Shown piece after piece: positions 45,489-54,926 of a DNA stretch of 64,000 nucleotides. Below the pieces are notes generated by a model, which was not told the origin of the DNA, searched no databases, and worked only from the letters and a program-made list of their open reading frames with translations. Both the position numbers and the translations under genes were made by a program. Every line of letters starts with the position of its first letter. The first letter of the stretch is position 1. The stretch comes from a plasmid: assembly GCF_056746865.1 (NCBI RefSeq), contig NZ_JBWKMP010000003.1; one strand, 5' to 3'.

Positions 45489-47186
45489 GTGAACAAGAAC
45501 ATTGAGCCAGCTCGTAAGCGCGAGCGCGAGATTATGAATCGGGCGGCAAGCGTCATGGCTATGACCGTCGATCCAACCACTGATGCTGCCGGTAACATGA
45601 TTACCGACAACGAAGTGATGATGGCTAACCTGGAAAAAGCTATCCAGAAAGAGCCAATGTTTGAAGGCGTTGGACCAGAAGCAGCTCGCCAGATCATTGG
45701 TAGCTGGGCCATGTCTATTCATGAATACAAACGCCAGCATGGGCATTATCCGGCAAGCGATGTATTAGCCAACGCCCATGTAGCACTTGAGCGCCTGATG
45801 ATGGAGTCCGCTAAAGAGACGCATGAAGGCGCTGGCAAAGCCATGTTTGAATCAGTAGCCAAGGACATGCGCACCTCCGATGGTGTAATGAAGGTTGCAC
45901 AATATGCCGCACTGATCCTGCCTGCTTCTCTCGGCGCAGCCACCAGCGACGCATGTACGTTTATCCCTTGTGATCGTGATGAAACCAATATTTACGAGCT
46001 GACCAACGTTGCTGGTACAAAATTCGGTACATTCGAGCAGGGCGATGAACTGAACATGCAGTCTGCTGGCGTGTATTCGCAGATGAAACGCCTGTACATC
46101 CTGACCGAAAAAGGCGATGGCAGCAAAACCACCTTCCAGTTTGATATCCAGAACTTCGAAGGCCAGGCCTGCCCGCTGCGCCAGGGCTACAACAAACTGC
46201 TGATTAACCGCAAACCGTCCAAAGTAGATGATGGTGACGGCAACCTGTATTTCAACGACAAAGACGTCAACGGCAACTCTTTCTCTGCTACAGCAAAAGT
46301 TAAATACGATACCGGCGTTATCGATATCACCTTTAATGAAGCACCAGCAGAAGGCACAGAAATCGCTGTTCAGGTTGAAATCAACATTGAACGCAATCCG
46401 AGCCTGATACCAGTCATTAACCAGTCCATGCGCAATTACGCCCTGCGCCCGTCGCAGTACGTGATCGCATCCGAACATACGGTTATGACAGCATCTGACC
46501 TGAGCCGTGAACACGGACTCGAACTGGCAGCATTGCAATTCTCCGCAATGCGCAACTGGATTTCCCACGAAATCGATATGATGCGCCTGCGCACTCTGGT
46601 ATTCCACACAGTTTACGGTCGTGAATTTGATGTGGCACTGCCAGAAGCGCAGAACTACGAATCGTGGGTTGGTTTAATTCGCCATGTAGTGAACGCGCTG
46701 TCACAGGACATGGCTGACCGCACCCTGACTACCGGTATCCGTGGTGGCTTTGCTGGTGGCGATGCTGCTAACTTCCTGCGTTCCTTACCGCCGCAGCACT
46801 TCCAGTTGGCACCGGGCTATGTACAGTCGCCGTACATTCAATACATCGGCACCCTGTTTGGTTCCATTCGTATCTACGAAGTGCCGAAGCCTATCTGCAA
46901 ACAATTCCAGGAACATGGCTACGACTTTGGCCTGGACGACATCTACTTCTATGGTCGTGGCGAAGGCATTGGTAAAGCTGGCCTGGTCGCTGGTGATGCT
47001 GTGCCTGCTATTCCGTATGTCCACGAAACAAATCCAGCCCTGGTAAACCGCACCACTCTTTGGGGTACAGCAATCAACGATGTGCATCCGCGCAACGGTG
47101 AGAACTATTTCACTCGCCTTCGCCTGACACGTTCGAAAGAAGGTGCGATTGACATGTTGAGCGGGCAAATCAACGAAAAAAAGTAG
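45489..47186 (+). CDS. putative major head protein
   Basis: 565 aa; GTG start; first gene of the late structural block. Size and position fit P1 gp23, but no motif evidence. Confidence 0.4.
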   Translation: MNKNIEPARKREREIMNRAASVMAMTVDPTTDAAGNMITDNEVMMANLEKAIQKEPMFEGVGPEAARQIIGSWAMSIHEYKRQHGHYPASDVLANAHVALERLMMESAKETHEGAGKAMFESVAKDMRTSDGVMKVAQYAALILPASLGAATSDACTFIPCDRDETNIYELTNVAGTKFGTFEQGDELNMQSAGVYSQMKRLYILTEKGDGSKTTFQFDIQNFEGQACPLRQGYNKLLINRKPSKVDDGDGNLYFNDKDVNGNSFSATAKVKYDTGVIDITFNEAPAEGTEIAVQVEINIERNPSLIPVINQSMRNYALRPSQYVIASEHTVMTASDLSREHGLELAALQFSAMRNWISHEIDMMRLRTLVFHTVYGREFDVALPEAQNYESWVGLIRHVVNALSQDMADRTLTTGIRGGFAGGDAANFLRSLPPQHFQLAPGYVQSPYIQYIGTLFGSIRIYEVPKPICKQFQEHGYDFGLDDIYFYGRGEGIGKAGLVAGDAVPAIPYVHETNPALVNRTTLWGTAINDVHPRNGENYFTRLRLTRSKEGAIDMLSGQINEKK

Positions 47187-47315
47187 CAGTGGCGAACGTG
47201 TCAGTTTCACCAACGGCAATTGAAGTAAACGAAGGTGAAACTATCGCCGCAAGCACTTCAAAGACACGAAAAACACCCAAAAAGAAGTAAGACAAGCCCC
47301 TGAATAGGGGGCTAT

Positions 47316-47606
47316 ATGGAGGAAAAAATGGCTGATATTCAGGTAACTATTACCCCACCAAATGCGACAGATAAAACTTTCACTGTCGAATCCGATCATC
47401 CGGAAATTGTGAGTGTTGATGGAACCACATGCACCGCAGTATCTGCTGGTACTGCGGTACTAACCATCAAAACTACAGATGGAAATAAAACCGCAACATG
47501 CACTGTAACGGTTAATGAAGCCGCAGTAAGTGTCAACTCTGTCAGCGTTGATCCGTCAACCAAAGAAGTGACGGTAGGTGACAGCTTCACGGTCGGCGAA
47601 GCCTGA
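47316..47606 (+). CDS. Big_2 (bacterial Ig-like) domain protein
   Basis: TFTVESDHPEIVSVDGTTCTAVSAGTAVLTIKTTDGNKTATCTVTV matches the Big_2 pattern. Confidence 0.55.
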   Translation: MEEKMADIQVTITPPNATDKTFTVESDHPEIVSVDGTTCTAVSAGTAVLTIKTTDGNKTATCTVTVNEAAVSVNSVSVDPSTKEVTVGDSFTVGEA

Positions 47607-47609
47607 TAA

Positions 47610-47640
47610 AAGCCTCCCCATGCAAATGGGGAGGCTTCTC
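47610..47640 (+). terminator. hairpin after the Big_2 gene
   Basis: AGCCTCCCCA-tgcaaa-TGGGGAGGCTT followed by CTCTC. Confidence 0.4.
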
Positions 47641-47671
47641 TCATCCGCTCGATAAAGAGGAAAAGAGCAGC

Positions 47672-49327
47672 ATGAATAAAATTGGTTTTTCTGTTGGTCA
47701 GGCGGCGGGCGTTGCGGTAGCGGACGTAAATGCCGATGCTATTCTGTCCAACACATCTGGCGGTGCTTCCGTCTTTGCCGGGCTGGTGATTTCCCGCAGA
47801 GGAGCACCAGGCAAGGTTTTGCAGGTTACAGCAGCCAACTATCAGAGCGTGTTAGGTTCACCTCTTCACCCGCGCACCGGGGCCGCATTTGAACCATATC
47901 GCCACGTTGAACGCGCAGTAAAAGGCGGCACCGGTTATGTGGTTCGCGTATGCGCAAAAGACATGAAAGTACCGGGCATTGCCGTTTCTGTTCAGGCCAG
48001 GTCGAAAAGCACCAAGTCAGCAAAAACTCTGCAAATTGCTCCGACCGAAGCAACGGTAAATATCGGCGATACACTGACCGTTCGTGCCGTTTCTGGAGCC
48101 ACTTCTCCGGTAACTTTCGCTGCAAGCGAAACACCTGAAATTTCCGGCAGTGAACTGGCTATTTTCTACATAAAGGACGGTGATGCTTCGACAAACCGCA
48201 CGTTATCACTGACCCGTGAGGACGAAGAAAATGACCTGTTCACTCTGGAACTGAAAGAGACACAGACCGATGGTTCTGTAGAAACTTTGGAAAGCTACCA
48301 GGTTTCTTTCGATCCGGATGCAACGAACGATATGGGCCAGCCAGCATGGATTCCTGCGTTGTTAGAAAGTCAGTCCTCCAGGCTTGGAGCTGTACTGGCT
48401 GATGGTGCCGAAGACTCCGCTCACTTGCTGACTTTCGAAGATGTAGCGTTTGAAGGCGGTACAGATGGCGATCTGTCCTCAATTGACGCTGATGATTATC
48501 TGAAAGCGTTAGAGGTTCTCGAAGCGTCAGAAGTTAATTATACCGCACTGCTTTCTATGGGCTGCTACGACGCATCCGTGCTGGCAAAAATTAATTCGCT
48601 GGCAGAAGACGTTCGCGTGGATATGTTCTACGACCTGAAATGTGCTCAGACTGGTGATAACGCTATCGCGGAAGCTAAATCACATGGTTTCGGCAAATCC
48701 CACCAGGCTGCACGTTATCACTTCCCGTACTCATGCCGTGACACTTTCAGCGGTATGAATGTGGTTTACGGAATCAGTTGTGATGCGTTCGTGGCAAAAG
48801 CGAAAGGCGTTGCGCTTGTGTCTGATGTAGGCGGCTGGCATTACGCCCCGGCTGGTCTGTCTCGCGCAATCATTGATCGCCAGAACATCACCAGACTCTC
48901 CGGAATTGGCACAATCGATCGTGAAGCGTATGTGACCGCTCGTATTAACCCTGTAAGCGTTGCAGCGGATGGTTCTGTCTACATCGACGACTCCCTGACG
49001 ACATACAGCAAAAATAACTATCTGCGATTCCAGCACGTTTCATCACTGATGAATGCAATTGCCCGCAATTTCTATGAAGTTGCTCAGGCAATCAAGCATG
49101 AACCTGATGGCGTTACGCAGGAAAGTCTGACTAACGCACTGACAGATCTTCTGGACCGTTTTTATGCGGCTGGTGCGCTGGTTACACCACGCGATGAATC
49201 TCAAGGTTCTGACCCTTATGTGGTCAAGGTAACTCAAAAAGACATCGACTTGTGGGAAGTGGAATGGTCCGTGTGCCCAACAGGCACTGCCCGTCGAATC
49301 CTCGGCAAACCAATCCTGATGCGTTGA
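47672..49327 (+). CDS. putative contractile tail sheath protein
   Basis: 551 aa; N-terminal region has sheath-like character; sits beside tube candidates. Confidence 0.45.
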   Translation: MNKIGFSVGQAAGVAVADVNADAILSNTSGGASVFAGLVISRRGAPGKVLQVTAANYQSVLGSPLHPRTGAAFEPYRHVERAVKGGTGYVVRVCAKDMKVPGIAVSVQARSKSTKSAKTLQIAPTEATVNIGDTLTVRAVSGATSPVTFAASETPEISGSELAIFYIKDGDASTNRTLSLTREDEENDLFTLELKETQTDGSVETLESYQVSFDPDATNDMGQPAWIPALLESQSSRLGAVLADGAEDSAHLLTFEDVAFEGGTDGDLSSIDADDYLKALEVLEASEVNYTALLSMGCYDASVLAKINSLAEDVRVDMFYDLKCAQTGDNAIAEAKSHGFGKSHQAARYHFPYSCRDTFSGMNVVYGISCDAFVAKAKGVALVSDVGGWHYAPAGLSRAIIDRQNITRLSGIGTIDREAYVTARINPVSVAADGSVYIDDSLTTYSKNNYLRFQHVSSLMNAIARNFYEVAQAIKHEPDGVTQESLTNALTDLLDRFYAAGALVTPRDESQGSDPYVVKVTQKDIDLWEVEWSVCPTGTARRILGKPILMR

Positions 49328-49370
49328 TTTATCTTCCCCGCTGAAACGCGGGGATGAATGAGGTTTCCTA

Positions 49371-50117
49371 ATGAAAAACTATTCTGTTGTTGATCCATTC
49401 ATGCGCGCGCTATTTGCAGGCAAAACAGCCGATAACGCAGATACAGCCATACTGGAAAGCGCCAAAGATTCTGGTTGTTTTGAAAGTGGCGATAACGCCA
49501 TCCTGGAAAGTGCCAAGAATGGAACCGATGGCGCGGATATCGAAGCCGCAATGATGGAAGCGGTGGAATCCCGTGCACAAAGTGACATCCGCAGTCTGGC
49601 AGCTTCAATGCTGGCGAGCTGGGTAGAAGATGGCGACCCTGAAGCGGATTCATTTGATGCGCTGGCAATCACAATGGCTGGCCTGGCCGACATTGACGAA
49701 GACACAGAACTGACCGACGAACAGGTTGACGCATATAACGACGCACTCGCGGCGTTGGCTAACGCGGCTGTGGCCCTGGGCGCTGATCAGGACGACGTCA
49801 CCGAGATGATCGATGACGAAGATGACGCGGCAGCAGAACGCGTATTTGACGCACTGTCAGAAAGCGATAGCGAAATGATGGAAGAAGCCATTGCGATTTA
49901 CACCGTTGCTGGTGGCAATGCCGCAATGCTCGAAGCTGTCAGCAAAAAAGTCGTTCGTGATGGCAAGGTTACTATCATCCGCAAACGCCCGCGCCCGCGT
50001 CGCATGACGTCCTTACAAAAGCAGGCGCTGAAAAAAGCTCGCCTTAAGGCGCATACGTCGATAGCTAACACTCGCCGCCGCAAGTCTATCCGCATTCGCA
50101 AAAAACGCGGTCTGTAA
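49371..50117 (+). CDS. acidic protein with basic C-terminal tail
   Basis: Asp/Glu/Ala-rich body ending in RKRPRPRR..RRRKSIRIRKKRGL. Confidence 0.4.
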   Translation: MKNYSVVDPFMRALFAGKTADNADTAILESAKDSGCFESGDNAILESAKNGTDGADIEAAMMEAVESRAQSDIRSLAASMLASWVEDGDPEADSFDALAITMAGLADIDEDTELTDEQVDAYNDALAALANAAVALGADQDDVTEMIDDEDDAAAERVFDALSESDSEMMEEAIAIYTVAGGNAAMLEAVSKKVVRDGKVTIIRKRPRPRRMTSLQKQALKKARLKAHTSIANTRRRKSIRIRKKRGL

Positions 50118-50135
50118 TGATGTAAGCCACCTGTA

Positions 50136-50753
50136 ATGGTGGCCTGTTTGGGAGAAATAGCAGTGATTTGCGGCGCTAACGTTGCGGACGGAATCAGTCC
50201 GCTAATGAAAGCATACATCATATCAAGCGAGGATATGGTCATCGGATATATCGGCGAAGGTTCCTCTGCCGAATTAACGTCTCTGTGGCAGTCGCCATTT
50301 GAAGATAAAGCGATGGGCAGCATGTTAGGCGCTATTAGCGAGGCGGCATCATCTCTTGCAGGCATCGTGCAGACATCATCAGGGTACACGAGTAAAAGCC
50401 GGTTCAACTCCACCCTCGTGTGGGAAGGGCAACAACCGCCGGAATTTACCCTTGTACTGGATTTTTTAGCGATGTCCAACGCCAAAACGGAAGTGAATGA
50501 CGCCATCACGACGTTGCTGAAAATGGCATCGCCAGAACTAAACGACATTACGCCTTTTGGTCGAGTCCCGGAGGCCGTAACGATAAATATCGGCAGGAAC
50601 GTGATGTTAACGAACGTTGTGATCAAAAGCGTCAGCTATCAGCTTGACGCCCCGCGCACATCGGAAGGCTATTTCACCCACAACACGGTCACTCTGCAAT
50701 GCAGTGGTAACACATCTATTAACCGCAGCAATATCTCATCTGTTTTTGTTTAG
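50136..50753 (+). CDS. putative tail tube protein (start uncertain)
   Basis: About 200 aa; a GTG at 50163 with GGAGA Shine-Dalgarno is an alternative start. Confidence 0.3.
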   Translation: MVACLGEIAVICGANVADGISPLMKAYIISSEDMVIGYIGEGSSAELTSLWQSPFEDKAMGSMLGAISEAASSLAGIVQTSSGYTSKSRFNSTLVWEGQQPPEFTLVLDFLAMSNAKTEVNDAITTLLKMASPELNDITPFGRVPEAVTINIGRNVMLTNVVIKSVSYQLDAPRTSEGYFTHNTVTLQCSGNTSINRSNISSVFV

Positions 50754-50761
50754 GAGTAATT

Positions 50762-51253
50762 ATGGCCGGTTTTTCAAACACAAAAGCCGATCTCGCCTTC
50801 CTGAAAGCCAGATTCAACAAGAACCTGGCAGCAGGCGAAAAATTAATTGGCACTGAATATTGGATGACCATTAAGGGATACGAAAATCTGTCAGTGCTGA
50901 TCCGCACCGCGCAGTTACCGGAAATGACGCGTGAAGACGTAGAAGATTACGCTCCAGGCGGTATGAAGTTCAACCAACACGGCCCGCTGCGTAACTCAGG
51001 TGAATTTCAGGTTACCTGTGCGGAGACGATTGAAGGTGTTGTACTCGCTGCCGTCAAAGAGATGGTTTATCAGAAGAAATATCTGGATATCTCTTTCCAG
51101 GCTGCCGCTGAATCTAACAGCGGTGACAGCAAAGGTCTGTCACGTACTTACTCACACTGCAAAGTGTATTCCGATGCCGTTGATTTCTCATCAGAAGATG
51201 TAACGGCGGTTGTCAGACCGACCCTGCGTATTGTGTACAACTGGGTTGAGTAA
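50762..51253 (+). CDS. hypothetical structural protein
   Basis: 163 aa; AGGAG-like Shine-Dalgarno. Confidence 0.4.
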   Translation: MAGFSNTKADLAFLKARFNKNLAAGEKLIGTEYWMTIKGYENLSVLIRTAQLPEMTREDVEDYAPGGMKFNQHGPLRNSGEFQVTCAETIEGVVLAAVKEMVYQKKYLDISFQAAAESNSGDSKGLSRTYSHCKVYSDAVDFSSEDVTAVVRPTLRIVYNWVE

Positions 51254-51304
51254 TACCGATCCCGCTCAAAAGAGCGGGATTATCCCCCTCCGTCCGGAGT
51301 ATTT

Positions 51305-51856
51305 ATGACACCTTCTGAACTATTAGAAAGCGTTAAAGCGCGATTCAATCCTCTTCTTGTACGGGAAGAGGAAACACTGAAAGCATTCCTGCTCAAAGCG
51401 TTGACTACTTACCAGGACAGGGCAGGCGTAGTTAAGGCGTTAAAGCTGGAGAAATCAGACGGCACGGCGATCCCTGTTCCGGATGATTATCTGTCTCTGG
51501 TCCACGTCACTGACCACAACGGGCTTCTGGTTTACGCCGACGAGATTGCCGGTTTTGTCGAACTTGAGCTTACCGGTTCTGAACGCTGGCCTTTCAAGAT
51601 GCAATACCTTGTAAATCTCCGCGATCGCAACCTGGATGAGTGGCAAGTGCCACCTGCGATTATCGGAATGCTTGAGGAATATCTTGAAGCACTTATCAAT
51701 GTCCGCAACGTTGCCCGCCAGCGAAGGGCGTCAATTGATGGCAAGTTTGATTACTCCGATCTTCCTGATGAGGCGACGCTCTACGCGCGTGTTCAGGAGA
51801 TAGAAGAAAAAATGGCAGCCAACCGGGCCATTATCCCTGGTGCTACCATTTTTTAA
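51305..51856 (+). CDS. hypothetical structural protein
   Basis: 183-aa ORF in the structural block. Confidence 0.4.
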   Translation: MTPSELLESVKARFNPLLVREEETLKAFLLKALTTYQDRAGVVKALKLEKSDGTAIPVPDDYLSLVHVTDHNGLLVYADEIAGFVELELTGSERWPFKMQYLVNLRDRNLDEWQVPPAIIGMLEEYLEALINVRNVARQRRASIDGKFDYSDLPDEATLYARVQEIEEKMAANRAIIPGATIF

Positions 51857-51869
51857 CACGGAGGGCTAC

Positions 51870-52577
51870 GTGAGTATTTTTAGTGCTACAACGCAAACGC
51901 TAGCCAGTGCGGTATCGTTTAGCGCGAAATCGTTCACCAGCAACCTTATCAGCGACATTCTGGATAGAGCGGTGTCTGGCAGTGGCGTTAGTGGGAGCTA
52001 CGGCAATGACATCGCTTACGGAAAGAACGTAGTTGCTACGGCTATGCGTATCCGCTATGCCCAGGGCTGGCAGTGGACGGTAGACGTAGACGGATTAAGC
52101 GGCTTTGATATGTTCGTTAAGGACATCACTTACAGTAGCGGGAATATTGAAACAGAAAGCAAAATCATTGGTAGCGTCGAGTTCAATAAGCCAACGCACG
52201 TAACCGCCGGGCCGGTAACAATGACGGTCAGAGACACAGAAGACGGCAAAATAATGAATTGGTTCAAAGAGCGCCGCGCTCGTGTAACCAATAGCGATGG
52301 TACGCTAAACCTGCCGCCAGATTATCTCATGAATATCAGGCTATACCGCGTTACACAGGAAGGCGGGAAAGAGCTGGAAGAGGAAATGCGTGTATTTCCG
52401 ACTCAGATAGGAGAGATCAGCCGCTCACGTGATCAGGTGTCCGAATTCTTGTCCTATCCGATCACGTTCCAGCGATACACATCTGCCGGTTCCGGCCTGT
52501 CCGCATTAGTCAATGGAGCTGCTGGTTTAGCAACAAGCGCACTTAAAAGCGCCGCCAGCAACGTGATCAAGTTTTGA
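51870..52577 (+). CDS. hypothetical structural protein
   Basis: GTG start after GGAGGG. Confidence 0.35.
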   Translation: MSIFSATTQTLASAVSFSAKSFTSNLISDILDRAVSGSGVSGSYGNDIAYGKNVVATAMRIRYAQGWQWTVDVDGLSGFDMFVKDITYSSGNIETESKIIGSVEFNKPTHVTAGPVTMTVRDTEDGKIMNWFKERRARVTNSDGTLNLPPDYLMNIRLYRVTQEGGKELEEEMRVFPTQIGEISRSRDQVSEFLSYPITFQRYTSAGSGLSALVNGAAGLATSALKSAASNVIKF

Positions 52578-52619
52578 AATGCAATATTAAAGTGCGAGAA
52601 GGTGGGGAAGGGGCAAACT

Positions 52620-52910
52620 TGAGGGCAATATCTACACCTGCTGTTTACGTCAATGATGGCATTTTTTACACATCACAACAAAATCAACGCGTTACAACCA
52701 TAAAACATTCAACAGTAGTGCGATAAAAATAGCTATAGCATACGATGCCATCTGAGGGTGATTTTTACACATTCCTTATTAATCAATAAATTACAAATAA
52801 TGTTAGCCGTTAAAGATCCAACCAACTAACTAATGATGTAAGAATTGCCCTCAATCTCCCATCTTTAAGGGCAAATCCTACACCTACAGAGAGGTGTAGA
52901 AATTGCCCTT
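52620..52910. repeat. incA-like iteron cluster downstream of repA
   Basis: About five ~21-bp copies in both orientations, for example TTGAGGGCAATATCTACACCT (52620) and TAAGGGCAAATCCTACACCT (52868). Confidence 0.5.
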
Positions 52911-53664
52911 AAGACTGCTGATAGGTGAATTTTATTTTTGTAACTCTGCCACCTTCTGTAACCTCTGAGAAAACTATTTTCATTTTTGTGTTTTTTTCGA
53001 TTTCAGCTACAGCTTTTGCCAGAAAGCTTCTCTTAAATTCGGCGTACCGTTGATAGCTTTTGGGAAGACCATAACGCTCCCGCATCCATTCAACGCCAAG
53101 TATAGCGAAGCCGCTCCCATCATCCTTTCTATACTGGCATAAGGACTCATAAAGCCGCATAGAATAAGGGTTTGTCAGGCGAGACACTTCAGTAAAATTC
53201 AGCCTCGTGAACCTCTTATCAAGCAGAGTAAAAAACGGCATGAGATATGGATTCAGATGAATAATGTAAGTCCCCCGGCGTGGTGAGTAAGCCTCCTTAA
53301 TCATCCAGGGATAAGACTCATAACTGTCTTCTGATTCGGTTGATTCATCAGGGTTATATATCGTGACTTTCTTCTCACTAAGTCCGGAGATAGCTTTACG
53401 AATATCCTTGCTGGCTTCAGCAGAGGGCAAATTATACATCTCTGCATATTCGTTGACCGTCAACTCACAGGCACCTGAACCAAGAACGCCATCCTTAGAA
53501 GCATAGCGAAGTCTTCCCACCACAATAAACAACAGTCGCTTTTGGTCGCGTGTCAGGTGATAAGCCGCCTCTGTGATCTCATTGGCCTGCGCCAAGCTAC
53601 GGCTAATTGGTGTCGCTGATTCAATCAGACTGACGGCTTTTGCCGTTAATTCCGCTCTGTTCAT
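52909..53664 (-). CDS. repA: RepA-type plasmid replication initiator (start uncertain)
   Basis: Call is contextual: no sequence motif was checked; sits between two iteron clusters with a DnaA box and AT-rich tract upstream. About 250 aa from ATG 53664. Confidence 0.55.
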   Translation of the reverse strand: MNRAELTAKAVSLIESATPISRSLAQANEITEAAYHLTRDQKRLLFIVVGRLRYASKDGVLGSGACELTVNEYAEMYNLPSAEASKDIRKAISGLSEKKVTIYNPDESTESEDSYESYPWMIKEAYSPRRGTYIIHLNPYLMPFFTLLDKRFTRLNFTEVSRLTNPYSMRLYESLCQYRKDDGSGFAILGVEWMRERYGLPKSYQRYAEFKRSFLAKAVAEIEKNTKMKIVFSEVTEGGRVTKIKFTYQQS

Positions 53665-53688
53665 AACCCTGTGTGATCCTTCAAATGG

Positions 53689-53807
53689 TGAGGGCAATTT
53701 TTACATCACTTTGAGGGCAATTACTACACCTTTTGAGGGCAAATCTTACACCTGCTGAGGGCAAATCTTACACCTCAATAGCTTAATTGAGGGCAAATCT
53801 TACACCT
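53689..53807. repeat. origin iterons (incC-like): five direct ~21-bp repeats
   Basis: TGAGGGCAA(A/T)T(C/T)TTACACCT at about 53689, 53711, 53733, 53755 and 53787. Confidence 0.55.
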
Positions 53808-53839
53808 TGGTCCTCTACAAGCCCCGCCACCCCTGGCCT

Positions 53840-53960
53840 CCGCGATGCCTAAAAAGGATCTAAAAAGGATTAAAAAGAGAAAAAGGTTTATAAAAATACT
53901 CTGTGGATATGTGAATTGCGTCACTTAAGGTGTAAAAATCACCCTCAATAGTTGCTGTTC
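53840..53960. other. AT-rich region with DnaA-box-like site and one inverted iteron
   Basis: AAAAAGGAT repeats; TGTGGATAT at 53902-53910 (reverse complement ATATCCACA); inverted iteron near 53929; GATC sites. Confidence 0.4.
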
Positions 53961-54050
53961 GATCGACAAAGATCCTTATTCAATACTCCCACAAATCACA
54001 CACTCCCTATCCTCTGAAAAACTAACTGAACCTAGCTTTCGGAGGAATCC

Positions 54051-54875
54051 TTGAACATTCCCAAATTCCCATTGCCTTCACAGCCTGAAATAGAAATTCA
54101 GTTTCATGCACCTACTGTGAAAGATGCCCTGAAATATTCAGACATCAATCCGGCAGAAGACGAGGCAACCACAACAGAATACCTCAATGCTATGCAAGAC
54201 GGCGAAATTAACGACAGCTCAAACTGGACAGTTCAGGATCGCAGAACCGCGCTTTGGTGGATCTTTGTTAATTCCAGGCCTGATGCCGTCATGACTTACT
54301 CATACGAGTGTGGTCACTGTGGAAACGTTCATCACGCAGATATTAACCTTTCAGACCTTGCCGAAACGGTAGAAATCCTGACTGTCCCGCCGTTTATTAA
54401 AACTATGGTCCCTATAAACGGAGTACCAACCGAGTGGACGCTTAAACCACTAACAGGGAAAGGAGCTGAATTGCTTGAGCGTATGCGCGCCACTTTGCCT
54501 GATATGAAAACTCCAGAGTACAGTGCTGAGGTTGCTCGTCTCCGCATAGCTGAGTTGGCCTTGTGTACATCTCTGAACGACGATCCAGAAGACTTCACAC
54601 AAGCTGCAAACAGACGATTCGATATCATTGAAAACATGGCTCTGGAAACCGAGTTTACCCCTCTGGTAGCTCGCATTCAGCTCATGCAGAAAGACCTTCG
54701 CCACGGCTTAAAAATGGCTATTGAACGAGGCACAAGCCGCCTGATCCTACCGCCACAACGCTGCAAAAACGCTAAGGAGGGTGCAGACGTGACTACCACG
54801 CTGTACGCCCCATTTCTCAATAGAGAGTTTATCCCATCAATTAGATCTGAATGGATGGCTAACCATTATCAATAA
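54051..54875 (+). CDS. hypothetical protein
   Basis: 274 aa; TTG start after GGAGG; contains CGHCG. Confidence 0.35.
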   Translation: MNIPKFPLPSQPEIEIQFHAPTVKDALKYSDINPAEDEATTTEYLNAMQDGEINDSSNWTVQDRRTALWWIFVNSRPDAVMTYSYECGHCGNVHHADINLSDLAETVEILTVPPFIKTMVPINGVPTEWTLKPLTGKGAELLERMRATLPDMKTPEYSAEVARLRIAELALCTSLNDDPEDFTQAANRRFDIIENMALETEFTPLVARIQLMQKDLRHGLKMAIERGTSRLILPPQRCKNAKEGADVTTTLYAPFLNREFIPSIRSEWMANHYQ

Positions 54876-54926
54876 CCTGACGTTATACGGCTACCAGCCA
54901 GTTAGTGACGTTGAACAATTACCGCA

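Noticed and set aside
45852-46607. 251-aa minus-strand ORF inside the head-protein gene
   Set aside because: Antisense to a long, well-behaved structural ORF; unusual composition.
49379-50626. Minus-strand ORFs across the acidic-protein and tube-like genes
   Set aside because: Antisense and low-complexity.
52620-53807. Iteron arrays as a CRISPR array
   Set aside because: No regular repeat-spacer periodicity, mixed orientations, and they flank a RepA-type gene.
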